Assembly: GCA_001783805.1 (NCBI GenBank)
Contig: MFNS01000001.1
Span: 649-64,648, forward strand
Direction: 5' to 3'
DNA from: Candidatus Levybacteria bacterium RIFCSPHIGHO2_01_FULL_40_16
GTDB taxonomy: Bacteria; Patescibacteriota; Microgenomatia; Levybacterales; UBA12049
DNA length: 64,000 bases
This document shows positions 48,896 through 57,901 of the stretch, piece after piece. The stretch's first letter is position 1. Each line of letters starts with the position of its first letter. The position numbers and the translations under genes were made by a program. The notes beneath the pieces were generated by a model. That model ran no database searches. It had not been told where the DNA came from and was given only the letters and a program-made list of their open reading frames with translations.

Positions 48896-50028
48896 AAACA
48901 ATTAAATTTTGGAAAATTATTCAAGTAATTCTTCTTCTAATTATTATTTATAATTTCTCTTTGGTTGTCTGGCAAAATAAGGACAAATATCTATCAAAGA
49001 ATTATTGGCAGCAATATCCAAATTTAAAACAAATATATTATGGGTCAATCTACAAAAATAAGTACGGAACATGGGTGCACGATGAAATACTATATTCGTA
49101 TATAGGAGGAGCGTTAATCAAGGGAGCGAATCCAATATTGCTTAATCCGGAAGTTCCGCCGCTTGGAACATATCTTATTGGAGCTTCCATACTAATATTT
49201 AGCAATCAAAATGTTGTAATCGCTATTTCTGGAGCATTTGCTTTATTCTTAATGTATCTCATTGGCAAACAAATTTATAGTTCAAATTTCATTGCTCTTT
49301 TACCTCCATTTTTTTTAAGTTTTGAGCCTATTTTTAGAAATCAACTGGTTTACACGCCACTTCTTGATATTATGCAACTTACTTTTTTACTTTCGATTTT
49401 TTATTTTTTCAATAAATCAATTTCTGCAGACAATTATGGAAAATATTATTTGGTTACAATTGTTTTATTAGGCTTTTTTATATCAACAAAATTTTTTGGT
49501 ACAGGAATTGCTGTGGTTGGGGCTCTTATTATTACACTTCTTTTAAACTTTAACGAAAAACGTTTTATGTTTTTCCTCGGCATGATTCCCCTGTCTATTG
49601 TAATTTTATATTCAACCTACTTTAGAGTATTGATTGACGGATATCCATTTCACAAGTTTTTAGGTATTCAGAAGTGGATTTATTTATACAACACGGGTCA
49701 TCTTACCCAGCCTTTTACGCTTTGGCCCCTGTTATTTCTTAATCAATGGCATGTATGGTTTGGTGACAAACCCATAATAACAGATCCGCAGTGGTTAATA
49801 ACATGGCCCATATTCACGACCTTATCGCTTTTAACAATATTTTTATATTTTTTTATTTTTAGAACGAAGAAAAAAGAGGCTGAAATATTGTTCTTGTGGA
49901 TTGTAATGTATCTAATACTTATGAGTTTCGTTCAGATTTCCGCACGATATTTTGTTATACTTATTCCCATATTGTATCTCGTAGGCGTGTACGGTTTATT
50001 GGAGTTCATAAGATTTATTAAAAAATGA
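48868..50028 (+). CDS. Polytopic membrane protein (hypothetical, possibly glycan polymerase or GT-C-like)
   Basis: 386 aa, ~10 TM helices. Confidence 0.45.
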   Translation: MAVAQETKLKTIKFWKIIQVILLLIIIYNFSLVVWQNKDKYLSKNYWQQYPNLKQIYYGSIYKNKYGTWVHDEILYSYIGGALIKGANPILLNPEVPPLGTYLIGASILIFSNQNVVIAISGAFALFLMYLIGKQIYSSNFIALLPPFFLSFEPIFRNQLVYTPLLDIMQLTFLLSIFYFFNKSISADNYGKYYLVTIVLLGFFISTKFFGTGIAVVGALIITLLLNFNEKRFMFFLGMIPLSIVILYSTYFRVLIDGYPFHKFLGIQKWIYLYNTGHLTQPFTLWPLLFLNQWHVWFGDKPIITDPQWLITWPIFTTLSLLTIFLYFFIFRTKKKEAEILFLWIVMYLILMSFVQISARYFVILIPILYLVGVYGLLEFIRFIKK

Positions 50029-51092
50029 AGATTGCAGTTGACATATCTCCGCTCAAAAGTGAACATTATTTACAACATCGGGTAAGAGGAACGGGATTTT
50101 ATCTAGAGAATTTGAAAAGTTCGTTTTTAAAGTATTATTCTCACAATAAGTACATATTTTTTACTCGAGGTGAAAAATTACCCAATGACATCGATGTTGT
50201 TCATTATCCTTATTTTGAACCATTTTTTCTGACGCTTCCGGTATTCTCCAAAAATAAAACAATTGTTACGGTTCATGACCTAACTCCCTTAGTCTTCCCC
50301 GATCATTTTAAATCGGGATTAAAAGGCAATCTCAAATGGCAAATTCAAAAACTGGCATTAAGGAATGCGGGTACGATAATTACCGATTCTGAATCTTCAA
50401 AAAAAGATATCATTAAATACGCTGGGATTAGCTCAGCAAAAATTAGGGTTGTATATTTGGCCGCAGGAGAAGAATTCGAAAGATTTAAGACGGATGATTT
50501 AAGAGTAAGGAAGATAAAAGAAAAATATCATTTGCCGGAGAAATTTTCGTTGTATGTTGGAGATGCAACTTGGAATAAAAATTTACCAAGATTAATAGAA
50601 GCTGCCTCTAAAGCTAAAGCGCCGCTTGCAATGGTAGGAAAAGCCTTAATTGATAAAGATATTGACATTCATAATCCTTGGAATGAGGATTTGGTAAGAA
50701 TTCAAGAGTTGTCAGAAAAAGACAAAAATGTTTTCCGTCTGGGTTTTATCCCTCAAGAAGATTTAGTTGCTCTATATAATACAGCGACCCTTTTTGTTAT
50801 GCCCTCCATTTATGAAGGCTTTGGGTTGCCAATCCTTGAAGCAATGAGCTGCGGATGCCCTGTGGTGGCGTCAAAAGGAGGCTCCTTGCCAGAGGTGGTG
50901 GGGGAAGCCGGAAGATTCGTAGATCCTTACGATGTTGAAAGTATTGCTAATGGAATTAAAGAAGTGTTTAATGATCCAAGTTTGCAAAAAGAACTTTCAC
51001 AAAAGGGAATAATTCAAGCAAAAAAATTCACTTGGGAAAAAACAGTGGAGAAAACAATGGGTGTATACAAAAGCGTTGTAGCAAATATTTAA
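50025..51092 (+). CDS. GT4 (GT-B) glycosyltransferase
   Basis: 'EGFGLPILEAMSCGCPVVASKGGSLPEVVGEAG' EX7E motif. Confidence 0.85.
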   Translation: MKIAVDISPLKSEHYLQHRVRGTGFYLENLKSSFLKYYSHNKYIFFTRGEKLPNDIDVVHYPYFEPFFLTLPVFSKNKTIVTVHDLTPLVFPDHFKSGLKGNLKWQIQKLALRNAGTIITDSESSKKDIIKYAGISSAKIRVVYLAAGEEFERFKTDDLRVRKIKEKYHLPEKFSLYVGDATWNKNLPRLIEAASKAKAPLAMVGKALIDKDIDIHNPWNEDLVRIQELSEKDKNVFRLGFIPQEDLVALYNTATLFVMPSIYEGFGLPILEAMSCGCPVVASKGGSLPEVVGEAGRFVDPYDVESIANGIKEVFNDPSLQKELSQKGIIQAKKFTWEKTVEKTMGVYKSVVANI

Positions 51093-51095
51093 GGC

Positions 51096-52043
51096 CTACT
51101 TCTTCGCAGCATTTGAGTTCTTCATAATACTTTTAACAATGTATTTGGGCCTCTGCTTTACTTCTTCAAATATTTTTCCGATATATTCTCCTAAAACGCT
51201 TATGCCCAAAAGCTGGATTGCTCCTACAAATAATACGGAAATTAATATCGTAGTTGATCCTTGAGGAGTATTCGGTAATAAAATTCTTAATATTATTTGT
51301 ACGATTATTGCGGTAAGAGCAATGAGAAAAACAACAAAAGAAACCATTGTTATAATTTGAAGAGGAACATAAGAAAAAGAGAATATTCCTTTTGTAGCCC
51401 AATTTATATTTTTCAGTAAATTATTGGTTGTTTTCCCGAACATTCTTTCAGGGCGCATATAGGGAATTCCCATTTGTTTGAATCCAACCCATGCCCGTAG
51501 TCCTCTTAAGAATCTATCTCTTTCAGGAAAAGTTTTTAGTATTTGAACAACTTTATTGTCGATTAAAGAAAAATCGCCGGCATCCAAAGGGATTTTGATG
51601 TAAGACATTTTATGAAATACCCGGTAGAAGAGTTTGTACAGTATTGTCATGTAAAGAGGGGTTTCTCTTTTTGTCCGTACTCCGTATACGACATCGTATC
51701 CTTCAAGCCATTTTCGGTAGAATTTTTCAATTATTTCCGGAGGATCTTGTAAATCTCCGTCAAGCAGAACTACGGCATCCGATTTGGCAATCTCCATCCC
51801 GCTGGTAAAAGCCATTTGGGAGCTAAAATTCCTTGAGTGATTAATTCCTATTACGCGAGAATCTTTTGAAACTATTTTTCTCAAAACATCCTCTGTATTG
51901 TCAGGACTTCCATCATTTACAAAAATTATTTCATAGTCCACACCAATTTTTTTAAATACTTTCGTAAGTCTGTCATGCATTATGGGAATCGCTTGGGCAT
52001 CTTTATAGCAGGCAATAATCGCTGATATTTTTTTATTTTTCAT
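51096..52043 (-). CDS. GT2 polyprenyl-phosphate glycosyltransferase with C-terminal TM helices (GtrB/ArnC-like)
   Basis: 'ISAIIACYKDAQAI', 'IFVNDGSPDNT', 'DGDLQDPPE'. Two C-terminal TM helices. Confidence 0.8.
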   Translation of the reverse strand: MKNKKISAIIACYKDAQAIPIMHDRLTKVFKKIGVDYEIIFVNDGSPDNTEDVLRKIVSKDSRVIGINHSRNFSSQMAFTSGMEIAKSDAVVLLDGDLQDPPEIIEKFYRKWLEGYDVVYGVRTKRETPLYMTILYKLFYRVFHKMSYIKIPLDAGDFSLIDNKVVQILKTFPERDRFLRGLRAWVGFKQMGIPYMRPERMFGKTTNNLLKNINWATKGIFSFSYVPLQIITMVSFVVFLIALTAIIVQIILRILLPNTPQGSTTILISVLFVGAIQLLGISVLGEYIGKIFEEVKQRPKYIVKSIMKNSNAAKK

Positions 52044-52060
52044 ATTCTAGCTTCTACCCC

Positions 52061-52573
52061 TCATCTTCTAAGGTTAACATACCACGGCTTATCGCTTTTT
52101 ATCATATCATCCAGAAGGCTAGATATTTCTTCCATCTTTTCTGGCCACTTCGCCTTAATGTTTTTAAATATACGTATTATTTTCCTATCTTCTTCTGCCC
52201 AGTGAGAAATTCCATCATGTGCATAATCTTTATCTCTTCCGGAACCTATAAGTTTGACCGGTATTTTTTCATGGTTAATATAATTTCTTATTGTCTCAAA
52301 AGGCCTATATAGCAAGAAAGTAGTTATAGAATAAACAATTGGGATTTTACCCTCCAAACTTAATCCAACTGCTATGCCCATCATAGCTTGTTCTGAAGCG
52401 CCTGTATTTATAAACCGCTGTGGAAAATCTCTCCTTATATAGTCAAACATCTTATATCCCAAATCACCCACTACTAGCCAAATTTTGTCGTTTTTTGCCA
52501 TTTGCTTATATAATTCATAGGCAAACCATCCCCGCATACTATGATGTCTGTATTTGATATCTAGTTTTTTCAT
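52061..52573 (-). CDS. Transketolase-family C-terminal subunit, Pyr (pyrimidine-binding) domain only; lacks the TKC domain
   Basis: 'GASEQAMMGIAVGLSLEGKIPIVYSITTFLL'. The start ATG overlaps the upstream stop (ATGA). The ORF-track start at 52624 is probably too long. Confidence 0.65.
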   Translation of the reverse strand: MKKLDIKYRHHSMRGWFAYELYKQMAKNDKIWLVVGDLGYKMFDYIRRDFPQRFINTGASEQAMMGIAVGLSLEGKIPIVYSITTFLLYRPFETIRNYINHEKIPVKLIGSGRDKDYAHDGISHWAEEDRKIIRIFKNIKAKWPEKMEEISSLLDDMIKSDKPWYVNLRR

Positions 52574-53301
52574 AATTCTAAAGATTTTATTGCTTCTTCG
52601 TAATTTTGCTGAGTCATCGTGCAATAATGAGCGTCTTGATCCTTGAGAAAAGGAAGTTGATCGCTACGGGTCATGGCAAAAATTATTTCCGGTTTGCCTT
52701 TTGTAGTAGATTTCAATGCGCTATCTATGGCTTTTGTATCATGTCCGTCTATTTCTTTAACTTTATACCCAAATCCTGAAAATTGTTCAATGAGAGAAGG
52801 GGAGGACTGATCGTATCCCGCCCATCCATTATAGTTTACTATTATTTTAAGATTATATATTTTCTTCTCTTTTGCTATTCGTAAAGCTTCCCAAATACTT
52901 CCCTCGGCGCATTCACCATCGGAAATCATGCAATACGCATTTTTTTTATGATTGGCAATTGCCATCCCCAATGCTATCGGTAGTCCCTGGCCAAGGCTGC
53001 CTGTTGAAACATGAATGTTTAGTTTTTTATTTCGATCAGGATGTATGTATAGTTTTTTTATGTCATTTTTTTGTATCAACTTATTTTTTTCCAATACTAC
53101 GTATAAAGCTATTCCTGCATGTCCATTTGAGAGGATAAATTTTTCGTCCGGCTTTTTGATTTTGTAGACTCTATCTATTAAGTCTATGGTTGAAAGACAG
53201 GAGCCGATATGAGAAAGATGAGATTCATGACTTATTTCAAGGACTCTTCGCCTTATGCTTTTTTGTTCTTTAGATAATGATTTTATGTTAAAGGTATTCA
53301 T
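52570..53301 (-). CDS. Transketolase-family N-terminal subunit (TPP-binding)
   Basis: 'GHAGIALYVVLE', 'GSLGQGLPIALGMA', 'DGECAEGSIWEA'. Confidence 0.75.
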   Translation of the reverse strand: MNTFNIKSLSKEQKSIRRRVLEISHESHLSHIGSCLSTIDLIDRVYKIKKPDEKFILSNGHAGIALYVVLEKNKLIQKNDIKKLYIHPDRNKKLNIHVSTGSLGQGLPIALGMAIANHKKNAYCMISDGECAEGSIWEALRIAKEKKIYNLKIIVNYNGWAGYDQSSPSLIEQFSGFGYKVKEIDGHDTKAIDSALKSTTKGKPEIIFAMTRSDQLPFLKDQDAHYCTMTQQNYEEAIKSLEL

Positions 53302-53302
53302 T

Positions 53303-54256
53303 TTAAAGGAGGTTAGACTTTCTATACCAAAGATAGGTTTTTCTTAGGCCGTCTTCTAAGGAAAATTTTGGTCTCCAGTTTAGCGTCTTTTTTGTTTTTG
53401 AAATATCTGCTACCCAATGGGGAGTATCCCACAATCTTTTTGGAAATGCACCTTTTTCAACTTTGACTTTTTTTCCCGTAACTTTGAAAAGAGTTTTTAC
53501 TACCTCATCATTCGTATATTCTTTTCCTGTTCCCATGTTTAATATTTTTCCTGACATTTTTTTGCCTTTAGACATAGCTTTGATATAAATATCTACAATA
53601 TCCTCAATGTAAATAAAATCTCTTCTTTGAGTGCCTGCTGTAAGCTTAATTGTCTTGTTTTCGATAACCGCTTTTATTATGGTTGGTATAAAACGCTTAT
53701 TTTCTTCGTAAGGTCCGTAAACGGAAAAAGGTCTTAGTGTGACGATAGGCTTTTGATATTCTCTTGCGAATACCTGACACAAAAGCGATGCGGATGCTTT
53801 TGTGGCAGCATAAAAACTTATTGGTTCCAATAAGTCCATTTCCCTCATGGGATTATTTTTAATTCCATATTCGGAAGATGATCCCGTGTTTATAAAAATA
53901 TCGTAATTTATATTCTTAGAAGCAATTAATAAATTTAAAGTGCCTGCAATATTTGCTTCTATCATTTGCGATACTGCTTCTTGGTCTCTGTATGCGCTGT
54001 ACGTCGCTAAGTGAATAATTATCGATGGATTAATCTTGCGAATTACTTTTTGTAGATTAGTTTTATCTAAAAGATCAACTTTATAAAGATTGATTTTAGT
54101 AAGGACATTTTTTAATTGTCCAAGGTCAGTAGAATCTTTGATAATAAGATTAATATTTTTATATCCTAGATTCAGGAGCTTGTTAATTATATTTGTGCCA
54201 ATAAATCCCGCACCACCCGTGATTAAGATGCCTTTTCGTGGTAGAATATCTTTCAT
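53303..54256 (-). CDS. NAD-dependent sugar epimerase/dehydratase (extended SDR)
   Basis: 'ILITGGAGFIGTN' and catalytic 'YAATKA'. 317 aa. Confidence 0.8.
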   Translation of the reverse strand: MKDILPRKGILITGGAGFIGTNIINKLLNLGYKNINLIIKDSTDLGQLKNVLTKINLYKVDLLDKTNLQKVIRKINPSIIIHLATYSAYRDQEAVSQMIEANIAGTLNLLIASKNINYDIFINTGSSSEYGIKNNPMREMDLLEPISFYAATKASASLLCQVFAREYQKPIVTLRPFSVYGPYEENKRFIPTIIKAVIENKTIKLTAGTQRRDFIYIEDIVDIYIKAMSKGKKMSGKILNMGTGKEYTNDEVVKTLFKVTGKKVKVEKGAFPKRLWDTPHWVADISKTKKTLNWRPKFSLEDGLRKTYLWYRKSNLL

Positions 54257-55157
54257 GGTTGATATTATATGTGCTTTGTGCGGCCAAAAGCAACAAATTA
54301 AAGTGCTTTACGAAGCAACCCTTGACAAGAGAAATCTTACCAAGAAAACGTATTCTGCTCGGCGTATGCCGGACAAAGTTCACTACAGAATTCTTAAATG
54401 CGTAAGATGTAGTCTAGTTTTCTCTTCTCCGATTTTTCCGGCTGAAAAGCTGTCAAAATTTTATAGAAAGAGTGTATGTAGTTATGGAGATCAAATCCCA
54501 TATTTAATTAAAACTTACCTTAAAATAGTAGAGCAAATCAAGAAAGATCTACCGAAAAATCCAAAAATTTTAGAAGTTGGCTGTGGAAATGGATTTTTTC
54601 TTAAAGCTCTTATCGATTTAGGTTTCACAAAAAATGTTTTTGGAGTTGAGCCGAGCTCTAAAATGGTTTCAGAATCAAATTCGGCTTTGAAAGACAAAAT
54701 CAAGATCAATGTTTTTAAATCAAGCCTATTTCCAAAAAATAGTTTCAATCTGATTCTCTGCTTCCACACCTTAGACCATATGTTTGATCCTGATGAATTT
54801 GTTAGGGGTGCTTATTCAATGCTTAAGAAAAATGGATACGCTGCTGTGGTTGTGCACGATACGCAGGGTTTATCGGTAAGATTATTTGGGGAAAGATCGG
54901 CTATTTTTGATATAGAGCATATTTATTTATTTAATAAAAAAACTTTGAAAAAAATATTCGCGCGCAGCGGTTTCAAAATTATCGGAGTGTCAAATCTTGT
55001 TAATAGCTACCCCTTAAACTATTGGGTGCAAATGAGTGGTTTCCCTAATGTTGTAAAAAAATTTGTTAAATATATTTTTGACGTATTCATGATAGGTAAA
55101 AAAGAGATATCTATTCCGGCCGGAAACATTGCGCTTATTACTAAGAAGAATGTATGA
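54255..55157 (+). CDS. Class I SAM-dependent methyltransferase with N-terminal Cys4 zinc ribbon
   Basis: 'CALCGQ...CVRCSLVF' zinc ribbon. 'ILEVGCGNGFFL' SAM motif I. The ORF-track start at 54090 overlaps the antisense epimerase, so the ATG at 54255 (CATG shared with the epimerase start) is preferred. Confidence 0.7.
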   Translation: MVDIICALCGQKQQIKVLYEATLDKRNLTKKTYSARRMPDKVHYRILKCVRCSLVFSSPIFPAEKLSKFYRKSVCSYGDQIPYLIKTYLKIVEQIKKDLPKNPKILEVGCGNGFFLKALIDLGFTKNVFGVEPSSKMVSESNSALKDKIKINVFKSSLFPKNSFNLILCFHTLDHMFDPDEFVRGAYSMLKKNGYAAVVVHDTQGLSVRLFGERSAIFDIEHIYLFNKKTLKKIFARSGFKIIGVSNLVNSYPLNYWVQMSGFPNVVKKFVKYIFDVFMIGKKEISIPAGNIALITKKNV

Positions 55158-56475
55158 TTTAATTATGAAAAAAAAGCTTCTGTCTTTGGGAAATAATTTT
55201 CTAAAACACGAATTGGTAACTGGTAGTATTTATATTTTTGCAGGCTCCATAATTGCTAACCTATTTAACTTTTTTTTCAGTATATTCATGAGCAGAAATT
55301 TGTCCGTGGAGGGATTCGGTATTTTGGCAAGTACATTTTCTTTAATTAGTCTCATGGGGATTCCTGCCGGATCAATCATCCCTACAATCGTAAATTTTGC
55401 AGGTTCTCATTTTGCAAAAGATGATTACGGATCCGTTAAGGCGCTTTTTTTTAAAATTATAAAACCTCTCTTGCTTGTTAGTGTTCTTGTGTTTTTTTCT
55501 TTTTTCTTTTTCGCAGGCTATATTGGAGATTTTTTTAAGATTGCAGATCGGTCAATAGTCGTGATAATTGGAATTAGCGTTGCACTTGCATATATCGTAA
55601 TAGTGAGTACGGGTTTATTGCAGGCAAAATTAGCTTTTAGATATATTTCCTTTTTAAGTCTTACAGGATCTATATTGAAATTTGCGATTGGAGCCGGATT
55701 GGTTTTCTTGGGTTTTGGCGTGAGAGGCGCGATATGGGCAGTATTTATTGCGGGAATAATTCCGTCTATTCTTGGTTTTATTTATCTTAGATCTGTTTTT
55801 ATAAGTAAAATAAATAAGGCGAGTAAAATAAATTTTAAAAGTATAATTTCTTATGGATTTCCTTCCTCCCTTGCAGTATTGGGAATGACGTCTTTAATTT
55901 CTACAGACATTTTACTAGTAAAACATTTCTTTGATCCCCGGCAGGCCGGTGTTTATGCGGGACTATCTCTGGTCGGAAAAGTGATATTCTTTTTCACAGG
56001 TTCTATTGGGGGAGTAATGTTCCCTCTTATTGTAAAAAAACATGCCAAAAATGAAAATTACAACAATATTTTTAAAATGGCAATTGCTGTAGTACTTATT
56101 CCATCAGTCTTTATTTCTACATTTTATTTTTTATATCCTGATTTTTCGATAAATTTTTTCATTAAAAATGAAATATATAGATCTGCATCCGGATTACTTG
56201 GATTATTTGGAGTATTTATAACAATTTATTCTTTGATTTCACTTTTTGTTTATTATTTCTTATCTATAAAAAAAACCAACGTATATATTCCGGTTCTTCT
56301 TGCGGCTTTGAGTCAATTATTGCTCATTACTTTTTATCATAGCTCTCTTTTTATTGTTGTTATAACCTCTCTTTTAGTATCATTAATTCTTCTCGCAACC
56401 CTTGTAATTTACTACATAAAAACTTATGGTGAGCATAAAGGAATTAATAACGTGGCAGGAATACTTAATATCTGA
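55129..56475 (+). CDS. Wzx-like flippase (MOP/PST family)
   Basis: 448 aa, ~12 TM helices. True start is possibly an internal Met at ~55153-55165. Confidence 0.65.
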   Translation: MRLLLRRMYDLIMKKKLLSLGNNFLKHELVTGSIYIFAGSIIANLFNFFFSIFMSRNLSVEGFGILASTFSLISLMGIPAGSIIPTIVNFAGSHFAKDDYGSVKALFFKIIKPLLLVSVLVFFSFFFFAGYIGDFFKIADRSIVVIIGISVALAYIVIVSTGLLQAKLAFRYISFLSLTGSILKFAIGAGLVFLGFGVRGAIWAVFIAGIIPSILGFIYLRSVFISKINKASKINFKSIISYGFPSSLAVLGMTSLISTDILLVKHFFDPRQAGVYAGLSLVGKVIFFFTGSIGGVMFPLIVKKHAKNENYNNIFKMAIAVVLIPSVFISTFYFLYPDFSINFFIKNEIYRSASGLLGLFGVFITIYSLISLFVYYFLSIKKTNVYIPVLLAALSQLLLITFYHSSLFIVVITSLLVSLILLATLVIYYIKTYGEHKGINNVAGILNI

Positions 56476-56490
56476 TAAAATCAAATTGTC

Positions 56491-57045
56491 ATGGAATTGA
56501 TAACTTTAGAAAATAAAAACAAAGTTAAATTGATAAAAGATGTAGTAATGCATCCTTATAAAGTTAATGAAGATTCTTCGGGAATTTTGATTGAGACAAT
56601 GAGGAGGGATTGGGACGATGTCTATGGTCAAGGACGGGAATTCTTCATGCAGTATTATTCGGAAACTCCTTCGGGCATGATTAGGGACGAAGGTGTTTGG
56701 CACTACCATCCGACTACACAAGATGATCGGTTTTCAGTTGTAAAAGGAGAAATAGTAGTAGCAATTAGCGATAACAGGAAAGACTCAGAGACTAAAGGAC
56801 TCTTGAACCTTTTTTATATAAATGCAAGAAAAAATCCATACATGGTACTAATTCCCAGGAAAACTTTGCATGGATTTATGGTTGTCTCCAAAGAACCGGC
56901 AATTCTAATTAATTTCCCCACGGGTTTGTATAATCCTAAAGAAGAAGGAAGAATTCCATATCAAGACGTTCAGGTAAAGACGTCGGACGGTACTGTTTTT
57001 TCTTGGGATTTAGTACGCAAAGAGTTTTCTGATCTATCTTCTTAA
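56491..57045 (+). CDS. Cupin-fold sugar epimerase/isomerase (dTDP-4-dehydrorhamnose 3,5-epimerase RmlC-like)
   Basis: 184 aa. 'VNEDSSGILIETMRRDW' (D.RG.F.E-like) and 'GMIRDEGVWHYHP' (RGLH-like) segments. Confidence 0.5.
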   Translation: MELITLENKNKVKLIKDVVMHPYKVNEDSSGILIETMRRDWDDVYGQGREFFMQYYSETPSGMIRDEGVWHYHPTTQDDRFSVVKGEIVVAISDNRKDSETKGLLNLFYINARKNPYMVLIPRKTLHGFMVVSKEPAILINFPTGLYNPKEEGRIPYQDVQVKTSDGTVFSWDLVRKEFSDLSS

Positions 57046-57804
57046 ATGGAAAAAATAAAGTTATTATCCCTCGTCGTTCCTGCCTACAAGCAAGAAAAAA
57101 CAATCGTAAAAGATATAGAAAACCTGAATAAGATTTTATCTTCGATGCAATGTAAGTATGAAATATTGGTAGTTGTTGATGGATTTTTGGATAAAACCTA
57201 CGACATCCTCCAAGACCTAACATCTAAAATCAAAAATCTAAAGGTACTGTTTTATGAGAAAAATCATGGAAAAGGTTATGCGGTAAGATATGGTGTGTCG
57301 AAGGCAATGGGAGATGTGATAGGTTTTATTGATGCGGGAATGGACATTGAAACAAGTGGAATAGGCATATTGCTTGACTATATGTTGCTTCATGATGCGG
57401 ATATAGTTATTGGAAGCAAATTGCATCCCGATTCAATTGTTGAATATCCGATGCAAAGAAAGATTCTATCTTGGGGATATAGGGCAATAACGCAGACTCT
57501 CTTTGGCTTTAGCGTGAGAGATACGCAAGTTGGCTTAAAGTTATTCAGGAAAAAGGTAATAAAAGAGGTATTCCCCTTGTTGGCTGTTAAGAGGTTTGCA
57601 TTTGACGTGGAGATACTTGCCGTTTCCTACGCAAGAGGATACAGGAAAATATATGAAGCTCCTGTAAAGCTAACGTATAATTGGGGGAGTACGATTGCAA
57701 ATTTTACCTCTGTAAGCTTTTGGAATGTAATATTTTCCATGCTTTGGGATACCGCTGCGGTTTTTTACAGGTTAAAAATCCTCCATTATTACGATAGAAA
57801 ATAA
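57046..57804 (+). CDS. GT2 polyprenyl-phosphate sugar synthase (Dpm1-like)
   Basis: 'LSLVVPAYKQEKTI', 'LVVVDGFLDKT', 'IDAGMDIE'. Confidence 0.75.
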   Translation: MEKIKLLSLVVPAYKQEKTIVKDIENLNKILSSMQCKYEILVVVDGFLDKTYDILQDLTSKIKNLKVLFYEKNHGKGYAVRYGVSKAMGDVIGFIDAGMDIETSGIGILLDYMLLHDADIVIGSKLHPDSIVEYPMQRKILSWGYRAITQTLFGFSVRDTQVGLKLFRKKVIKEVFPLLAVKRFAFDVEILAVSYARGYRKIYEAPVKLTYNWGSTIANFTSVSFWNVIFSMLWDTAAVFYRLKILHYYDRK

Positions 57805-57901
57805 GTTCATAAAGTAGAAAGTTTGTAAAGTTTGTAAAGTACTTCATAACATTATAACTTTATGAACATTAAACCTTATAACATTATAGTCTTATAGCTA
57901 A
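57805..57901. terminator. AT-rich convergent intergenic region with 11-bp inverted repeat (GTTCATAAAGT/ACTTTATGAAC) and direct repeats (AGTTTGTAA x2.3)
   Basis: Direct reading. Lies between convergent genes ending at 57804 (+) and 57902 (-). No classical GC hairpin. Confidence 0.3.

Noticed and set aside
54090-54254. 5' extension of the methyltransferase ORF from the six-frame track
   Set aside because: The extension is antisense to the N-terminal Rossmann motif of the SDR epimerase (53303-54256). The zinc-ribbon protein most plausibly starts at the ATG at 54255.
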